Assembly: GCA_964036045.1 (NCBI GenBank) | Contig: OZ038378.1 | Coordinates: 22,506,001 to 22,570,000, forward strand | Reading direction: 5' to 3' | DNA: 64,000 nucleotides | DNA from: Eutreptiella sp. 'Long Island Sound 2002' | Lineage: Eukaryota > Protista > Euglenida | Shown: positions 48,617-61,399 of the stretch, piece after piece | How positions within the stretch are numbered: the stretch's first letter is position 1 | How the letters are laid out: the number at the start of each line of letters is the position of its first letter | The notes under the pieces: generated by a model | What the model was told of the DNA's origin: nothing | What the model saw: the letters and a program-made list of their open reading frames with translations, nothing else | The model's database searches: none | Position numbers and translations under genes: made by a program

Positions 48617-50769
48617 CGGAGCTTGCCCCTGGAAGTTTTAGGATGGACATCTTTCCAAGGGGGCTGAATGTGGGGATGTCGACGTGTTTTACTCAAACAG
48701 GTTTGCGCAGTGCAGGTGTAGGGCGCGCACACTGCTGCACCCCCCCCCCCCCCCCGGGAGCCACCCGTAATGGATACGCTAAACATCTGTACACCGGGGG
48801 ATTTACCTCCTCCTCATGCCGCCACACGCTCTGCATGAGCTGTCGTTCCTTTATGGCACTCAGGGAACCAAGCAGGCTAAATACCAGCCTGTCACACACC
48901 CTTGGGGGTGGGTTCAGGGGCTAGGGATACTCTTGACAGGGTTTTGCTGGAAACATCTGAATGTTGCCGGAGGTGCAGATTGGTATGTCTGCTGGAGCAG
49001 AAGTCCTTGCCGGCTTCTGCAAATGTCGTATGCATCAGATGTGCTCCGTGGATCAGATCGTCCGCGATCTGGGGTTTTTGATAGACGTCGTGGACTTTCT
49101 TGAGGTTTGGGACGAGTCAATTTGTGGATGGAGTGACAGTCGGCTCATTGATCAGCTCAGTGCCATCAGGCTCCATGGCTTCGTGTGGAGGTCAATGCCA
49201 CACTGTTATTGTACATTTACCGGATCTGTCGACATTCTCAAAATACCCTGCAGCATGCGACCGTCTGCCGTGTTTTGCAAGGGGCACTGCGCGCACAGCG
49301 CTTTTCGGGGCGGGAGACACCCTGAACCGCAAATCTGCCAACCTCTGGGGTGCAGGGCAGCAGGCCAGGAGGATGGTGCTGCATGGAGTGGATGGGGTTG
49401 CAGGCTATGGAAAGGAGATGGATGGTGCGCAACGATGGAGTATGGCAACGGTGTGCGCCAGGGACAAGGTACAAGGAGAGGTACACGCATCCTGTGGAGT
49501 GTACCACCGAAAAGGGAGACGATACTCGGGGTGTGGACCAGGACTCTGACAGGCCTCACAAGGACCACCTCCCTCCCACCACCACTTCGTCCACGTTGCC
49601 GAGAGCTGATGAGACCGTCCGTTTGGCAACTGTGGATTGTAAAGACTGTAAGATAAGATTGTAAGGACAACCTTTGATGTCACCAGTGCAGGAAAGCAAC
49701 CATTAAATAGTTCATTGAAGCGCATGTGCAACTGCCATCTCGCATTTCACACGTACCTCTGTGTGTCTGAGCTCCACCCCCTGGCATATGCACATGTGAA
49801 CTGCAGGTTCCTTAATTTTGGTGCCAAGGGAGTTGCTTGCCCCTGGGAAAGGGAAACAAGCGAGCAGCGCATGCAGTCAAAGCACAGAATCCACTGATGC
49901 ACAACAGGGATTGGGATGGGAGGGTTGGAGGTGGTTTCGGGATTGATTGCAGGTGCTTTGGAGGTCGATTGGGGATGGATTGGATTTATACTGGTGCATT
50001 GGAGTCAGAGTGGTGGCAAACTGGGGGTGACTTGGCAAAGGGTTTGGAGGTGGTTTGGAGGTGGATTGATGGTGGATCGGAGACGGAATGGAGGTGGAGG
50101 TGGTGACTTGATGGTGTTGGATGACAAGTAATTTTCAGAAAGGCAAAGTGACAGAGGAGGGCGGTGTTGGAAGGACTGGGCATCTAGGTCCTAGGTCCCA
50201 TCGGTCGATGCTTGCCAAAACGCTGGCTAGCAAGGGCAATTCAACGTTCTTTGGCATATGCAATTTGGAAGGCTTTTTTTACTGAAGGAACAAAGAGGGA
50301 AAAGTACAGCAAATGCCATCTGGCGTATGAACTGGATGGCAGAAGTAATGACTAGTACATATTGCTAAGCCTCTTTGCATTTCTGATGCTTTGTTAACTT
50401 CATGTGAAGTCCTATGACCATTGCTATGGTGTCCTCTATTTCCAAATAGACATGCCAAATTTTCACATCTATGATGGCAAGCTTGTTTGTCCACCTACAC
50501 GTCAGGTCCATCATGGAGGCAAAATGCCTACCACAGGCAAAATGCCTTGACCAACGCCTTTGGCTGACCCAATGCCGTGCACGCAGTGCGCACACGGTGC
50601 GTAGTTTTGGATGTCGGCAAATACTCCGACCCTACTTTTGGCCCCTTTTGATAAGTTTTTGGTTCCATATTGAGGTTTTTTTTCGCTTCCTATGCATTGG
50701 GATGTGGCACATTTGAATTGTCATCCTTTTTTGCCCATTTTCACCCAGTTTTACCCATTTTCCATCCTG

Positions 50770-50893
50770 CATATTGAACTCCCCCCACTATGGGGACCCC
50801 GAGAAGGCAGGGGTGATGTAGCCATATTGATTTCTCCCCACTATGGGGACCCCGAGAAGGCCGGGGTGATGTAGCCATATTGAACTCTCCCCA
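50770..50893. repeat. 53-bp tandem repeat, array 1
   Basis: tatggggaccccgagaaggcaggggtgatgtagccatattgatttctccccac starts at 50789 and 50842. Confidence 0.92.
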
Positions 50894-51537
50894 CTGCTCT
50901 GTACCATAGTAGAGAAGCAGCGCTGCTTATTTGGAATCAGACCTGGTTCCGGGCCGAGTGTTGCTTAAAATGTATCGATGCGCGCGCGACAATTTAGCGT
51001 TGCTTACTTTTTTTTTTTGGTGGGTGTGCCTATTCCACTATCATTGCTTGGTTCTGGCATATTTTTTCAACTTCGCTTGGCATGAGTGTGGTACCCCAAG
51101 TGCCAAGTTTTCCGGTAATACCTCCCATGTCTTCACAAGGCTTGCAGCTGCTAGTGTCCTAGTTGGGCAATTTTTCGAGTCATTATTGAGTACGAGGTGA
51201 TGATACAATGTGCTTTGTGTTGCGCCATTGTTTAGGGAAACCTATGGGGACATGCATTATGTGTTGATGTTGAAAAAAAGTGGGAAAAAACGAGAGTAAA
51301 AAAATAGAACATACAAAAAATAGAACAAAATGGAAAAGAAAAGAGAAAATGGTGAAAAATGGTCCAATTTCACGGTTAGATGACTCAGCATCAACTCGGT
51401 AAGAATTGCCAACTCGTTAGGAATGGAGGTGCTATTGTGTCAACTGGCACGGCTTATGTCACCACCTGCCCTGAAGAATTTTAGGTGCTGCTTATAATAT
51501 CCACGTCGGAGCACTGCTTCTCTACCGTGGTATGGAG

Positions 51538-51777
51538 TATGGGGACCCCGAGAAGGCACGGGTGATGTAGCCATATTGATCTCTCCCCACTAAGGGGACC
51601 CGAGAAGGCAGGGGTGATGTAGCCATATTGAACTCTCCCCACGATGGGGACCCCGAGAAGGCACGGGTGATGTAGCCATATTGATTTCTCCCCACTATGG
51701 GGACCCCGAGAAGGCAGGGGTGATGTAGCCATTCCGCCCACAAGTGGGCACCCGAGATGGCAGGGGTGATGTAGCCA
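51538..51777. repeat. 53-bp tandem repeat, array 2 (~4.5 copies)
   Basis: Same unit as 50770-50893; abuts the transposase remnant. Confidence 0.92.
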
Positions 51778-51782
51778 TGCTG

Positions 51783-53622
51783 AGTGACGAAGGAAGCCAG
51801 AGCATCTACGTTGATCGCTTCTGGGGGCAAGTGCCGAGGAATTACCTTCAGGGAACCCAAGGCCGCCCTGAGCTCTGCTTCGCTGGTTTCAGTACCTACG
51901 GGGAACCTAGCCGTGGTGTTGATTGTGTTACAGCGGAGGAGTTCTACATGAAGTATGGCGCGGAAGGTTTGTTGTCCCGCGAAGATTTGTTCCAATACTT
52001 GTACGGTCTCCGACAAAGCCCCTGTTGGGACAATTGTGCTTATCAATCTCATTTCGATTGTTCGGATGACGTGTATATGTGAAATGTTTCTCGTGTCCGA
52101 ACCTTGTTGAATTCCGTGGTGGATGAGATATGGTGGGAGGAGAGAATTTCTCCGTACGACCACAATCCCCTCTTCCCGTATTTCGTGACACATTTTACCG
52201 ACAACATGCCCATATGCTCAGTGGGTAGATATTTGTCGAATGTCCTTTTCAACCCCAAGTACACAGGCCATGGTTATAAGATAACCGTGGCTGTGGACAA
52301 TCTTGGGAATACACTATGGATATGTGACCTTATGCCGGGAATCTCCGAGGATGTTATGATTTGAGATCAACGTGGTCCTTCGCGAACACATGGGCAGTTT
52401 TTCAATTTTGAAATAGGTGCACATGACGGCGCCTACAAGGGGGCGCCTTAAGCGCAGTGCGTGTGCAGTGCGCGCGCAGTGCGCGCACAGTGCAACTATT
52501 TGGGCGTCTGGCCGTAGTAGAAACCCATACTTTGTGGTACTTTGGGCATCATGGTTGTTTGGTAGTAGGTTTTGATGCATTGGGGATGTGGCATTTTTGG
52601 ATGTTCACCCTGTTTCACCCATTTCTACTTTTTTGCACACAATTTTTGCCCATTTCCACCACATCTACTCTTTTTCTCGGTTGATTGATATGGTGATACA
52701 CTTTGAGGGTGCCTGCTGCAGGACATCATACTTCCTCCCTCATTTCTCAGGCCCATTTTCTCCATGGATCTCAGTATTGGGGATAGGGTGTTCTACACCC
52801 GCTCCAATGGCCTGCGACCTCCTGCCACGGTGGTTGGGACGGCTAAAGACGGACTCCTCCACTTGGAATACTACCAAGATGGGTTGAGAGTGGTGAATCG
52901 GCAATGCAAGATGGAGTCCATCTCCTTTGCCATCCCAAGTTCACACTCGCCACTTGATTGCCCTCCATCTCCGCTGCCCAACACACAGTCAAGTTCCCCC
53001 CCAAAGGCCCCTGGTCCTTCACCACTGCCACAAGAACCGGGAAGGTCCCCCTCAAGGTCCCCTCCAGTCCAATTTGGGTCGCCTAATTCTCAGGGTATTT
53101 CCAAGGGGCGTGCCTAGGGGCTCTTCGGGGGGAACATAGTCTAAAAGTAGCGCGCAGTGTGCGCGCAGTGCAAGGATTCCCCCTGAGGGCCGCTTGCACG
53201 CCGTTGTACCTTCTATTGGTCGGAAAACTTTGAGTGAAAACCAACAAGAGTATAACGATGTCCATGGCTTCTATCGTGCAAGGGTGGAGCATCTCCTTGT
53301 ACGGTTGTGGCAATGGAGGATTGTCCACAATGTTTGGTCACATTGTGCAACGGAGCTGCATGGCCATGTGCGTATATTTGTCCACCTTACTCAGTTTTGT
53401 ATTCGCATGCAGACTAGGTATCAACCCTATGGACTTTGGCCTCATGTGCCTAAGTCTGTGTGGGCAGAGGAGGAGGCAACCATTGAGGAGGAGGAAAACG
53501 ATGATGGTGTTTGTTGCCAATTGCGTGGCCACCGTCCTGGAGATATATCCGAGTGTGGCACTTGCCACTTGAACATGTGTGCATCTTGCATGCCCTTGTA
53601 TAGTTGTACCTTACAAGGCTGA
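51783..53622 (+). pseudogene. DDE transposase pseudogene (DDE_Tnp_4 / PIF-Harbinger / ISL2EU-like), split by an insertion at ~52442-53189
   Basis: One frame 51744-52451 with two in-frame TGA: VTHFTDNMPI (D1), FNPKYTGHGYKITVAVDNLG..LWICDLMPG...D, AHDGAYKG (D2). The C-terminal part from 53194 has YNDVHGFYRARVEHL (E) and a terminal Cys-rich segment. Confidence 0.8.
52764..53117 (+). CDS. Short ORF with a Tudor/SH3-like N-terminus and Pro/Ser-rich tail, inside the transposase insertion
   Basis: MDLSIGDRVFYTRSNGLRPPATVVGTAKDGLLHLEYYQDG fits a Tudor/KOW-type beta-barrel pattern (judged by eye). Probably TE-derived. Confidence 0.4.
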   Translation: MDLSIGDRVFYTRSNGLRPPATVVGTAKDGLLHLEYYQDGLRVVNRQCKMESISFAIPSSHSPLDCPPSPLPNTQSSSPPKAPGPSPLPQEPGRSPSRSPPVQFGSPNSQGISKGRA

Positions 53623-55813
53623 GTGGTTTGTTCATAGGGACAGTGGGGTACCAAGTTGAAGGCAGTTTCGTTGTTCTCATGTGGGCTTTGCTGCTTCGCT
53701 GTGCTACCAGACAGGTGACAGGTATTCTTGGGTGAGTATCCCGGCCTCTGCGTGCGCAGTATGCACGCAGTGCAACAACTTGGCCAAAGTCCCCCCTTGC
53801 ACAGCAACGTGACGGCAAGACAAATTTGGCCCTTCCCCAACCACTAAGGGCATGCCCCTAGGGTTTTGGAAGAACTCTAGTCAGAGATAAAAAATTTCAT
53901 TACTGTGGGCATCACTTCGAAAAAACGGGGGTTTGTGTCGTAAAATGACCTAACCCCCCCCCCCCCCAACCACCAAGTGCAGCAAGAAAACAAAACACTG
54001 AACTATGTGGTGATGACCATGCGCCTGTGACACAGGGGCGTATGCGAGCCCAGTATCCGTTGCCTCATGGCCCCCCAACCACCAAGGCCTTGTGCCAACC
54101 CCCCCCCCCCCCCAACCACACACACAGACAGAGCAGTTTTCAAAAGGGGTGGGCGGCTGGAGAACTCTCTCATGATATCTGGTTTCTCAGGAAACTTCCC
54201 CACTGTGTGAACAATTGGAACAAGGCACTTGGTGAGGCAATGGGCCTTGTTGGGGATGTGGGGTCTTGATAGTTGGACATTGGGCACCCTAACCAAGAAG
54301 GGGACACTGCGGCAAAGAATCTGAACTAAGGGCTTAAACTGTCCATGGTGGGGACAGGGTTTTTCTTAAATACACCGGGGGCGGGGGGGGGGGGGGGCAG
54401 GGGTGATTACAGGGACCTACCCACCCAGATTTGGCAAACCCATAGACCCACAAATGTCCCAACCCCACAGGGGAGGGGGGGCTATTGAACACCCACCCAG
54501 GGCTCGAATGCCGCAATCTGATGTTGCTCCGCTCTTGGCACTTCAAGCTTCACCGTGTTGACGGTGAAGCCCTTGGGGGTACAAGCTGTAGTTAAATGGG
54601 CCAAGCTAGCCAGTAGCTTAAGGAAATGAGCTAGTGGTGAAAAAAAAACAGACCTTCCGGCTTCTGACCCATCCAGCTTCTGATCCATCCACGTTCAGGC
54701 ATTTGCACAGGGCATTTGCACAGGGCGTGCAACACTAGCCATTTTGCCTGTGCAGGCTGGGACACATTGTGGAGTGACCTTGGCATGAACCCATCTTCCA
54801 TCTTGTTCATTGCCCGCAACCCCACCCGACGTTTTGGATGTAGTGCTGAGCTTTGAAAGCGCCTTGGAGATGTTGGGCGATAAGGCCACATTTTCTCCCC
54901 TGTAGTGTGTCCTACCCTACAGGGGGTTGGGTGGGTGGGTAGGCATGTCAGCATTTCTTGGTGGGTGGGTTTCCAACCCCTCCCTCCCCCCGTGGGGTAG
55001 GCCGTTGTGGCACTGTTGAATTCTTCCCAATCCCCCCGATTATACCCGCGCGCAGCCAAAAACCCCCCTTAAACCCCCGCCCCCCAACAACCCCCCCCCC
55101 CCCTCTCTTTTTTTAGATTTTTTGTCTGGAGGGGTTGTTAATCATGTTACCCGATTTCTGAGAACCCCCTTGGTTCACATCTTGTATGCCCAACCTGCCC
55201 CATTGTCTCATCTCACCAAGTGGTTCTACAATGTGGATCTCCCCAACCAGGGCCCTTGCCTCGCCAAGTGCCCCCTAGTCCAACTGTTCAGACCCTATAT
55301 CCTACATCCAAACAGGCCCATTGCCTCACCAAGTGACCTCAGTCCTAGCTGTAAAGGAGTAAAGGAGTTTGAGTGACTAGTTGGCATGGTTGGGTTGCAG
55401 TGTTCAGAGATGAAACGAAATGAGAGGACGGATGCAAGCCAGATGTAGGGCCTAGTAGAGGGAGTGTCAGGGGCCTGCATGCGCTTTGGTCGTAAGGAGT
55501 GGTGGTGGTGCTGAATTCTAAGTACATTTTCAAAGGTATAGTAGAATGGTCAGCTAAATTGCGACAGGTGCGCACGCATGCATGAGAGACCTTTTTCGAG
55601 GTACAAGAGGACAAGGCCGAGAGGGAGGGGACTACAAAATATTGCAGAATGAGAATATCCCTGAGCCTGGCTTGTGGCAATGGGGATCTTAACAGGGAGA
55701 ATAAGGACTGGAAACTGCCTGCTTTGGCGACCAGTTTTTGTGGCCTCAGCCCCCATCCAGAGTCCACCACCTGCAATCCTCAAGTCATCTTCACGACTGT
55801 CTGCAGGTTTCCG

Positions 55814-56497
55814 ATGGCCCTCCAATTGTCTGCTGATGAGTTGCGGTGCATTTCTGACTTCTTGGGGTCCTCCGTCCTGAGCTATGTCTGCCAGAAGACA
55901 TGGTACACCCTGCGAAGGCGGCACCTGTCGTTGGTGGCCGACTTCAGCAACGTCTCACGAATGATGCGGTGGCTGAAGCATGACGATGGCATCTGCACCA
56001 TCGCCATCAAGTGCAAGTACATCACCCAAGGCAGTATGCAGGACCTGGCCAAGCTCAAGGACGCCCCTTCCCTGACCAACCTCACCTTGGCCCTCATTGG
56101 CAACCGAATTGGCGATGGAGGTGCTCAAGCAGTGGCAGCGTTGAAGGATGCACAGTCACTGACCTCCCTGACCCTGGACCTGATGGGCAATCACATTGGG
56201 GACACAGGGGCACAGGCGCTTGCGGCGCTGAAGGAGGCCCCTGCCCTGAAATCGCTCACGTTGAACCTATGTAGCAACCACATTGGCGACAACGGGGCGC
56301 AGGCCCTCGCTGCATTGAAGGAGGCTCCCGTGCTGAATGTGTTGACTTTGAATTTGTGGGACAACCAAATCGGGGATTCAGGAGCTCAGGCGCTTTCGAC
56401 GCTGAAGGAAGCCCCTGCACTAAGAGAGCTCGACTTGGACGTGTGGAGTAACCAGATCGGGCATATTGGGGCACGAGCACTGGGAATGGTGCATTAG
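55814..56497 (+). CDS. F-box-like / RNI-type leucine-rich-repeat protein (227 aa, intronless as read)
   Basis: ATG follows ctgcag. N-terminus LQLSADELRCISDFLGSSVLSYVCQKTW is F-box-like. Five 29-aa repeats LK(D/E)APxLxxLTLxLxxNxIGDxGAQAxAx; TAG stop. Confidence 0.85.
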   Translation: MALQLSADELRCISDFLGSSVLSYVCQKTWYTLRRRHLSLVADFSNVSRMMRWLKHDDGICTIAIKCKYITQGSMQDLAKLKDAPSLTNLTLALIGNRIGDGGAQAVAALKDAQSLTSLTLDLMGNHIGDTGAQALAALKEAPALKSLTLNLCSNHIGDNGAQALAALKEAPVLNVLTLNLWDNQIGDSGAQALSTLKEAPALRELDLDVWSNQIGHIGARALGMVH

Positions 56498-59400
56498 CGC
56501 GTGGGGCGTTCGGATTACAGGGCTGAAGTCAGGCCCTGAAATCCACAAATGTCAGTCTGGTGGTCGAGCACATCAGGCTGCACTACGATCAGCGGCTTCT
56601 CTCACTGCTGCGATCTGAGTGTCAACTTGGCGGGCGAGTGTTTAGGGCCTCACCCGGAGGCACCCCGCAATGCCCCTCTATGTTTCGGCCAAGGCACAGC
56701 AGCAGCCTTCACTGCAGCCTGTGGAGCGAGAGCCTCCAGGTGTGAGGGCAGGCGAGGCCCAGTCAGTGCCTGCCGAGTCCGAGGCCCCCGGTGCGGTAGC
56801 CAGCTGTGCATTCACATGCACACAGCAGTGAAGACCTGGGCACGGAGTCGCCTCTCATCTTCATGGACATCCCTACTCCCTGTTGTATGTTGGTCACCTG
56901 TTTCGTCCTGGTTGCAGCGGAATTTACCCTCCGTTTTGGTGCGTCACACCACATGCACCATTGCACGGTTGTGCACTGTCAGCTTGGTCTGAAGGGCACG
57001 GGGTCAGCAGAGCTTCACAGCTGATGCTTCCATGAGGTCTGGGCGGAGCCGCTGGGATGCGCTTTGCATGTACATCAAGGGGCCCTGTTGCGCAGCGTCC
57101 CAGTTCCTGCCTTTGTTATTCTTTTCTTTTTTTTTTGAGCGGCCAGCGTTGGTTGAAAAGCAACGCACCATTGTGCATTTGTAAGCTGCAGCAGGCCTGT
57201 GTTGAGATTTGGGCACGGTTGCAAGTTGATGTTGATGTTGTACCGAAAGGTTGTGCTGAAGAGTCCTGCAGGCTGTGGTTGCCAATTTTTGATAAGCTCT
57301 GGGGCTGTGACCCAAGACAATAATTTTTGTAATTATTTATTGCTAATTTGATCCCGTGTACAGTGTTTTTCTTGTTTGAGGTGACCGGCAGGGGTTTTGC
57401 GGGTGGGCTGTGGCATGCCTGATGCAGCAGTCGTCTGCCTGGTGCAGTGCCTTCCCGAGACAGGACGTCAATAGATATTGCGCAATATCGTACCTTCCAG
57501 GGCTGTGATAAATGAGGGTGTTCTCCCGCACGATACAGCACTGCGACAGGACTTCAGACGTCTCCTGTTCTGAGGACAGGAAATCAAGGGACACGGCTGA
57601 CCAATGTGAGGCTTTGCACACTCAGGTGTGCGGAACACATCACTGCTTTCGCCCCATATCATCTGCACCGAAACTGCTTTGGGCCCGGGCTACTTGGTGC
57701 ACCAGGAGGGGGACTTAGTCTCTCCCCCGCCCTCTCGTGAGCGCAGGAGGAATCGACTGAGATGTACAATAAACAATGCACATGCACCGGTCTGGGTCCA
57801 TTGCAAAACGAGCAGCTGACCTCCCCCTCAGAATCTCCAGGGGCAGGGGACAGGACTGTGCAGAAGTGAAATCGCGATCTCCCATCCGCTTGTCAATGTG
57901 TGTCAGGCAGGACGCGGGAGCTGTCGGTGGGGGGCTTGTGTGTAGGTCCTGTGGTGCTCACAGCCTGTCCAGCAAACGCGTGCGCCACTGCATTTAGACA
58001 TGCGGTTGCGGGCCCCGTATCCACGAAACGCAGTGTGTCAGGCACGTGCGAATGAAAGGGTGAAAAAAGAGAAACGCAAATTCAAGCGTCAGCAGACACC
58101 GAATTCTAACATTGGGATAAGAAATGGGGGATGGTTTATGAAGGTCCATGCGGTGCTTTGCCTGCTTGCACAAAACGAAGAAATGACATGGTACATACGA
58201 GTGGGTGGGTGGTGTGAGCAGGCGACAGCCCAACGGATGCCAGGGTGCATGTGCCCCACCGCATCATTGCATGAACCGCAGTCATAGACGGCCTCTCTGT
58301 GTTGTGGTATCACTTGCTCACCAGCTTTGCGGGGGGTGAGGGGGGCGCGGGGTCCCTGCCTCCCTGGTCAATGTATAGTACCCCCTTGGCGCATGGCAGA
58401 TTGTATGTCAAGACTTTCTGGGGCCTCAAAACTGGCCTATGCGTCCCTTTTTTTTCATGTAGATAGCAGTCGTTTATTCGCCTTGTCACAGCGTGACGTT
58501 CCCTGCGGAACGTGAACAGCAAGTTGCTGGATACATCCACATTATTCTATGAGTTGCGTTGATGCCCACGGTCAAAATGGATGTCGCTTGACATGTTTTG
58601 CGAAACGACCAGCACCATATTGCTGGCAGTTGGGCCATTGCTTGGTGATGGCGATGCCCCCACCCTCCAGGGGAAAAGGGGGGGGGGGGCATTTAACCGT
58701 CTGGTCGTAAAGCCAATTGGTCACTGAAGTGCGTCACGCTGCAAAGCCCGTGGGCCATGAACCACAAGCATGACCCCTGCGTCCTTGTTGTCAGCGCAGT
58801 GGTAAACGCACGCCCGTTCTTACACACGTGGCCACAGCCCCACTGAGCTTCGTGGCATCGTCCCAGATGGCTCTGTTATCTGGTCCTCCAGGTTGTTGGG
58901 GCTTCCGTGCATTGTTCTCAGCAGCGCCACGAGCAATCAGTAAAACGGTTTTGGGACGCGGACGCGTCCCTGCAATGGGGTCCCTGCAATGGGGTCCCTG
59001 CGATGGGGTACGTAATCCCTTCCCTCCCTCCCTTGCTCCTGGTCTCACGTGATCAGCCGTTTGCACAGGCGGTGAAAACGCGAGGCCGTCGGGTCTGGCA
59101 TGGCGTACGCTTCATGGCATGCACCACACCCCGTGCCATGTACGTCGCTCTGCATGGACTGGTGTTATGATTTCCCCGTCGTGTCCTCTCTGTTACCCCC
59201 GCCGTGTAAATCTCCTGAGCGATTTACGGGTTGGGGGTCCACGGGGGTTTGCACGTTCCCTTCCCTCACTAACTCAAGGTGCCTGAGGTCCGGTGGTGCG
59301 GGCCGACCATTGCAGACCTGCTGAATACTTATTGATGTCGTCCCCACAGTTCACCCGTCCGTCATACTGCTTTTGACCGAAAGGTGCCTATGGTTGCCGT

Positions 59401-61399
59401 TGGCCACTCACGAGCTACTTTCTTCTGTGTCATGATTTGCTGCTGATTCGTGCCTGCCTGACTCAACACAGTCTTCCTTCAGGGGTCGAAGATTGAGTTT
59501 TGGTGGTTTAGGTTTCATTTCTGTCTTTTGGGAAAATTATGCCACCCACCCCCCCTTCGCAAGTGCAAGCCCCCCGAATTGGGCCCGCTTTCACCAATTT
59601 CCACCACGATTTGTTAGCCCAATTCTGTGGGTTGCAGGATTGAACATCAGAAATAGGCATTCCACTCTGCTGGGCGGGAGGGCGGTGATGCAACAGGGGT
59701 GTATGAATTTGTTTTATTTGTTTACAGATTAGCAGTGATTTCTGATGGCAAAGTGTGCTGTTTGGTTGAGCAAGGGGTCAGAGGTGACAATAGTCACCGA
59801 CCTTGGTGGACCTGGGCAGGCACTATTTGCAGTATGACACCATCACCTTTCAACGGAGGACAAGTTGTGTACGCTGTGTGTGCATGACTTAGAACTGTCC
59901 CTTTTCTTTGCCACAAAACACCAAGAACAACATTGGCTGCAACACCAGCCTCCCAATCAACCACTGGTGTTACTCCTGCCAAGAGAGCGAAACCTTGACA
60001 GCCTGGAACCTGCAACAATGTTGCAAAGAACGCGACGGTTGACAACCACATTAGCAAATGGGGCAAGTACGGGCTGTGCAACAACAATGGGCACACAGCT
60101 GACATTTTATGATGAACTGCGGATATTTGATCCAAGGCAACGTGACAGCATGTCAAGTGATATTAAGAAACATTCCACTCTTTTCGCATCAGGTGAAATG
60201 GGTGTGTTGTGTGCATCTGGGGAGTGGAATTTGTATGGGAAGCAAAGGGTTGTTGATAGCCCTGATTTTGCTGGGGTGGTGGGAGACGGCATGCAACCAC
60301 ATGGGTTTTGGCAACCCCGGGGAACATAGCTGTGAATCTCCTTACCTACCCAGTGACTATGTTGCTGAGGGTTCATTTCATATCCCCCGCCCGTCTAAGC
60401 TACACAAAAGTATGGATTTGATACGGCTACTGTCGCTTCGACAAGGCCGTAGCTTGCATGCGACACATGCAACTACCGGCACACACGCCACCACCAAGAG
60501 AGGGGAAGATAATGCACAAATATCCCCAAAATCAGAGCTCTGTGGGTTCAAGTGGGCAAACAATCACAAAAACAAATGTGTCCATGACTCCATGCAATTG
60601 GCAGATTTGTCACCAAAACCATGTCTTAAGCGGTTGCACAACATAACACACTGAACTAAATTACCGTAGGTACAGAATTAAATGCAATCCCTACGCCCGC
60701 TGTAGCTTAGACAAGGCCGTAGCTGAGACAGGGGGGGGGGGGGTTGAAAGCATTGTTGACCCCTGATCGGCGTTCCATGTCTCATGATTCACAGATTGAG
60801 GTATTTGCTCACAACGATCAATGGTGATGTGAACAAGCGTAGTCCCTCTGGGACAGACAATTTTGTGGGCAATAGTTTCCCCAGCTTTCACACTTCTGCT
60901 TCATTGTTTGCATGAGACCGCACCCAAGGGACCCTCACAGGATCCAAGACCTAACACTCCACCTTCAGCCCCCTAAATTGGGTCCATTTTCTTCAAATTG
61001 TGCCCCCCGATTCATTGGCCCAATTCAGAGAACATTTTCTGGCGATTCAGGGGGCGGTGCAATTGTTATGGACCTTGCGGTCCGAGCAGCATTTGAATGA
61101 GATCATGGCCCAGGTTACTCAATGGGTGGATGGGTGTGATGGCCAAAACTTGTGGCGGGGCCAAAATGACCCGTCGACACCTGGGCTGGGAATGTGCTCT
61201 TATCTGCAAGCCGGACATCATGGTCCTAAGGGTTAGCAATGGTTCAAAAGTGCCTGGCTTGCAGTGTTGCATGAGAAACAATGGTTGGAAACACTTTTGC
61301 ATGAGGAAAATTACTTCCTCCAAGCTGCATGCAATGCCGCTTTGGCTTGATCGGCACTATCATGGTGTCGCACACGGGGAATGCAAACAGCCCTGTTTG

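Noticed and set aside
47300-49350. Coding-like stretches as transposase remnants
   Set aside because: No catalytic motif could be placed and the frames are fragmented.
50770-51777. 53-bp repeats as a CRISPR array
   Set aside because: The units are head-to-tail with no unique spacers, no cas genes are present, and the context is eukaryotic.
52080-52364. TGA read as Trp (alternative genetic code)
   Set aside because: The intact host genes end in TGA (21163-21165 and 46595-46597) and use TGG for Trp.
54400-55060. Possible second tyrosine recombinase remnant on the minus strand
   Set aside because: Only vague motif-like fragments in different frames; not supportable without a profile search.
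55649-55813. N-terminal extension of the LRR ORF
   Set aside because: It starts at a non-ATG-supported or upstream position with no domain signal. The ATG at 55814, after an AG acceptor-like site and directly before the F-box-like motif, is more plausible.
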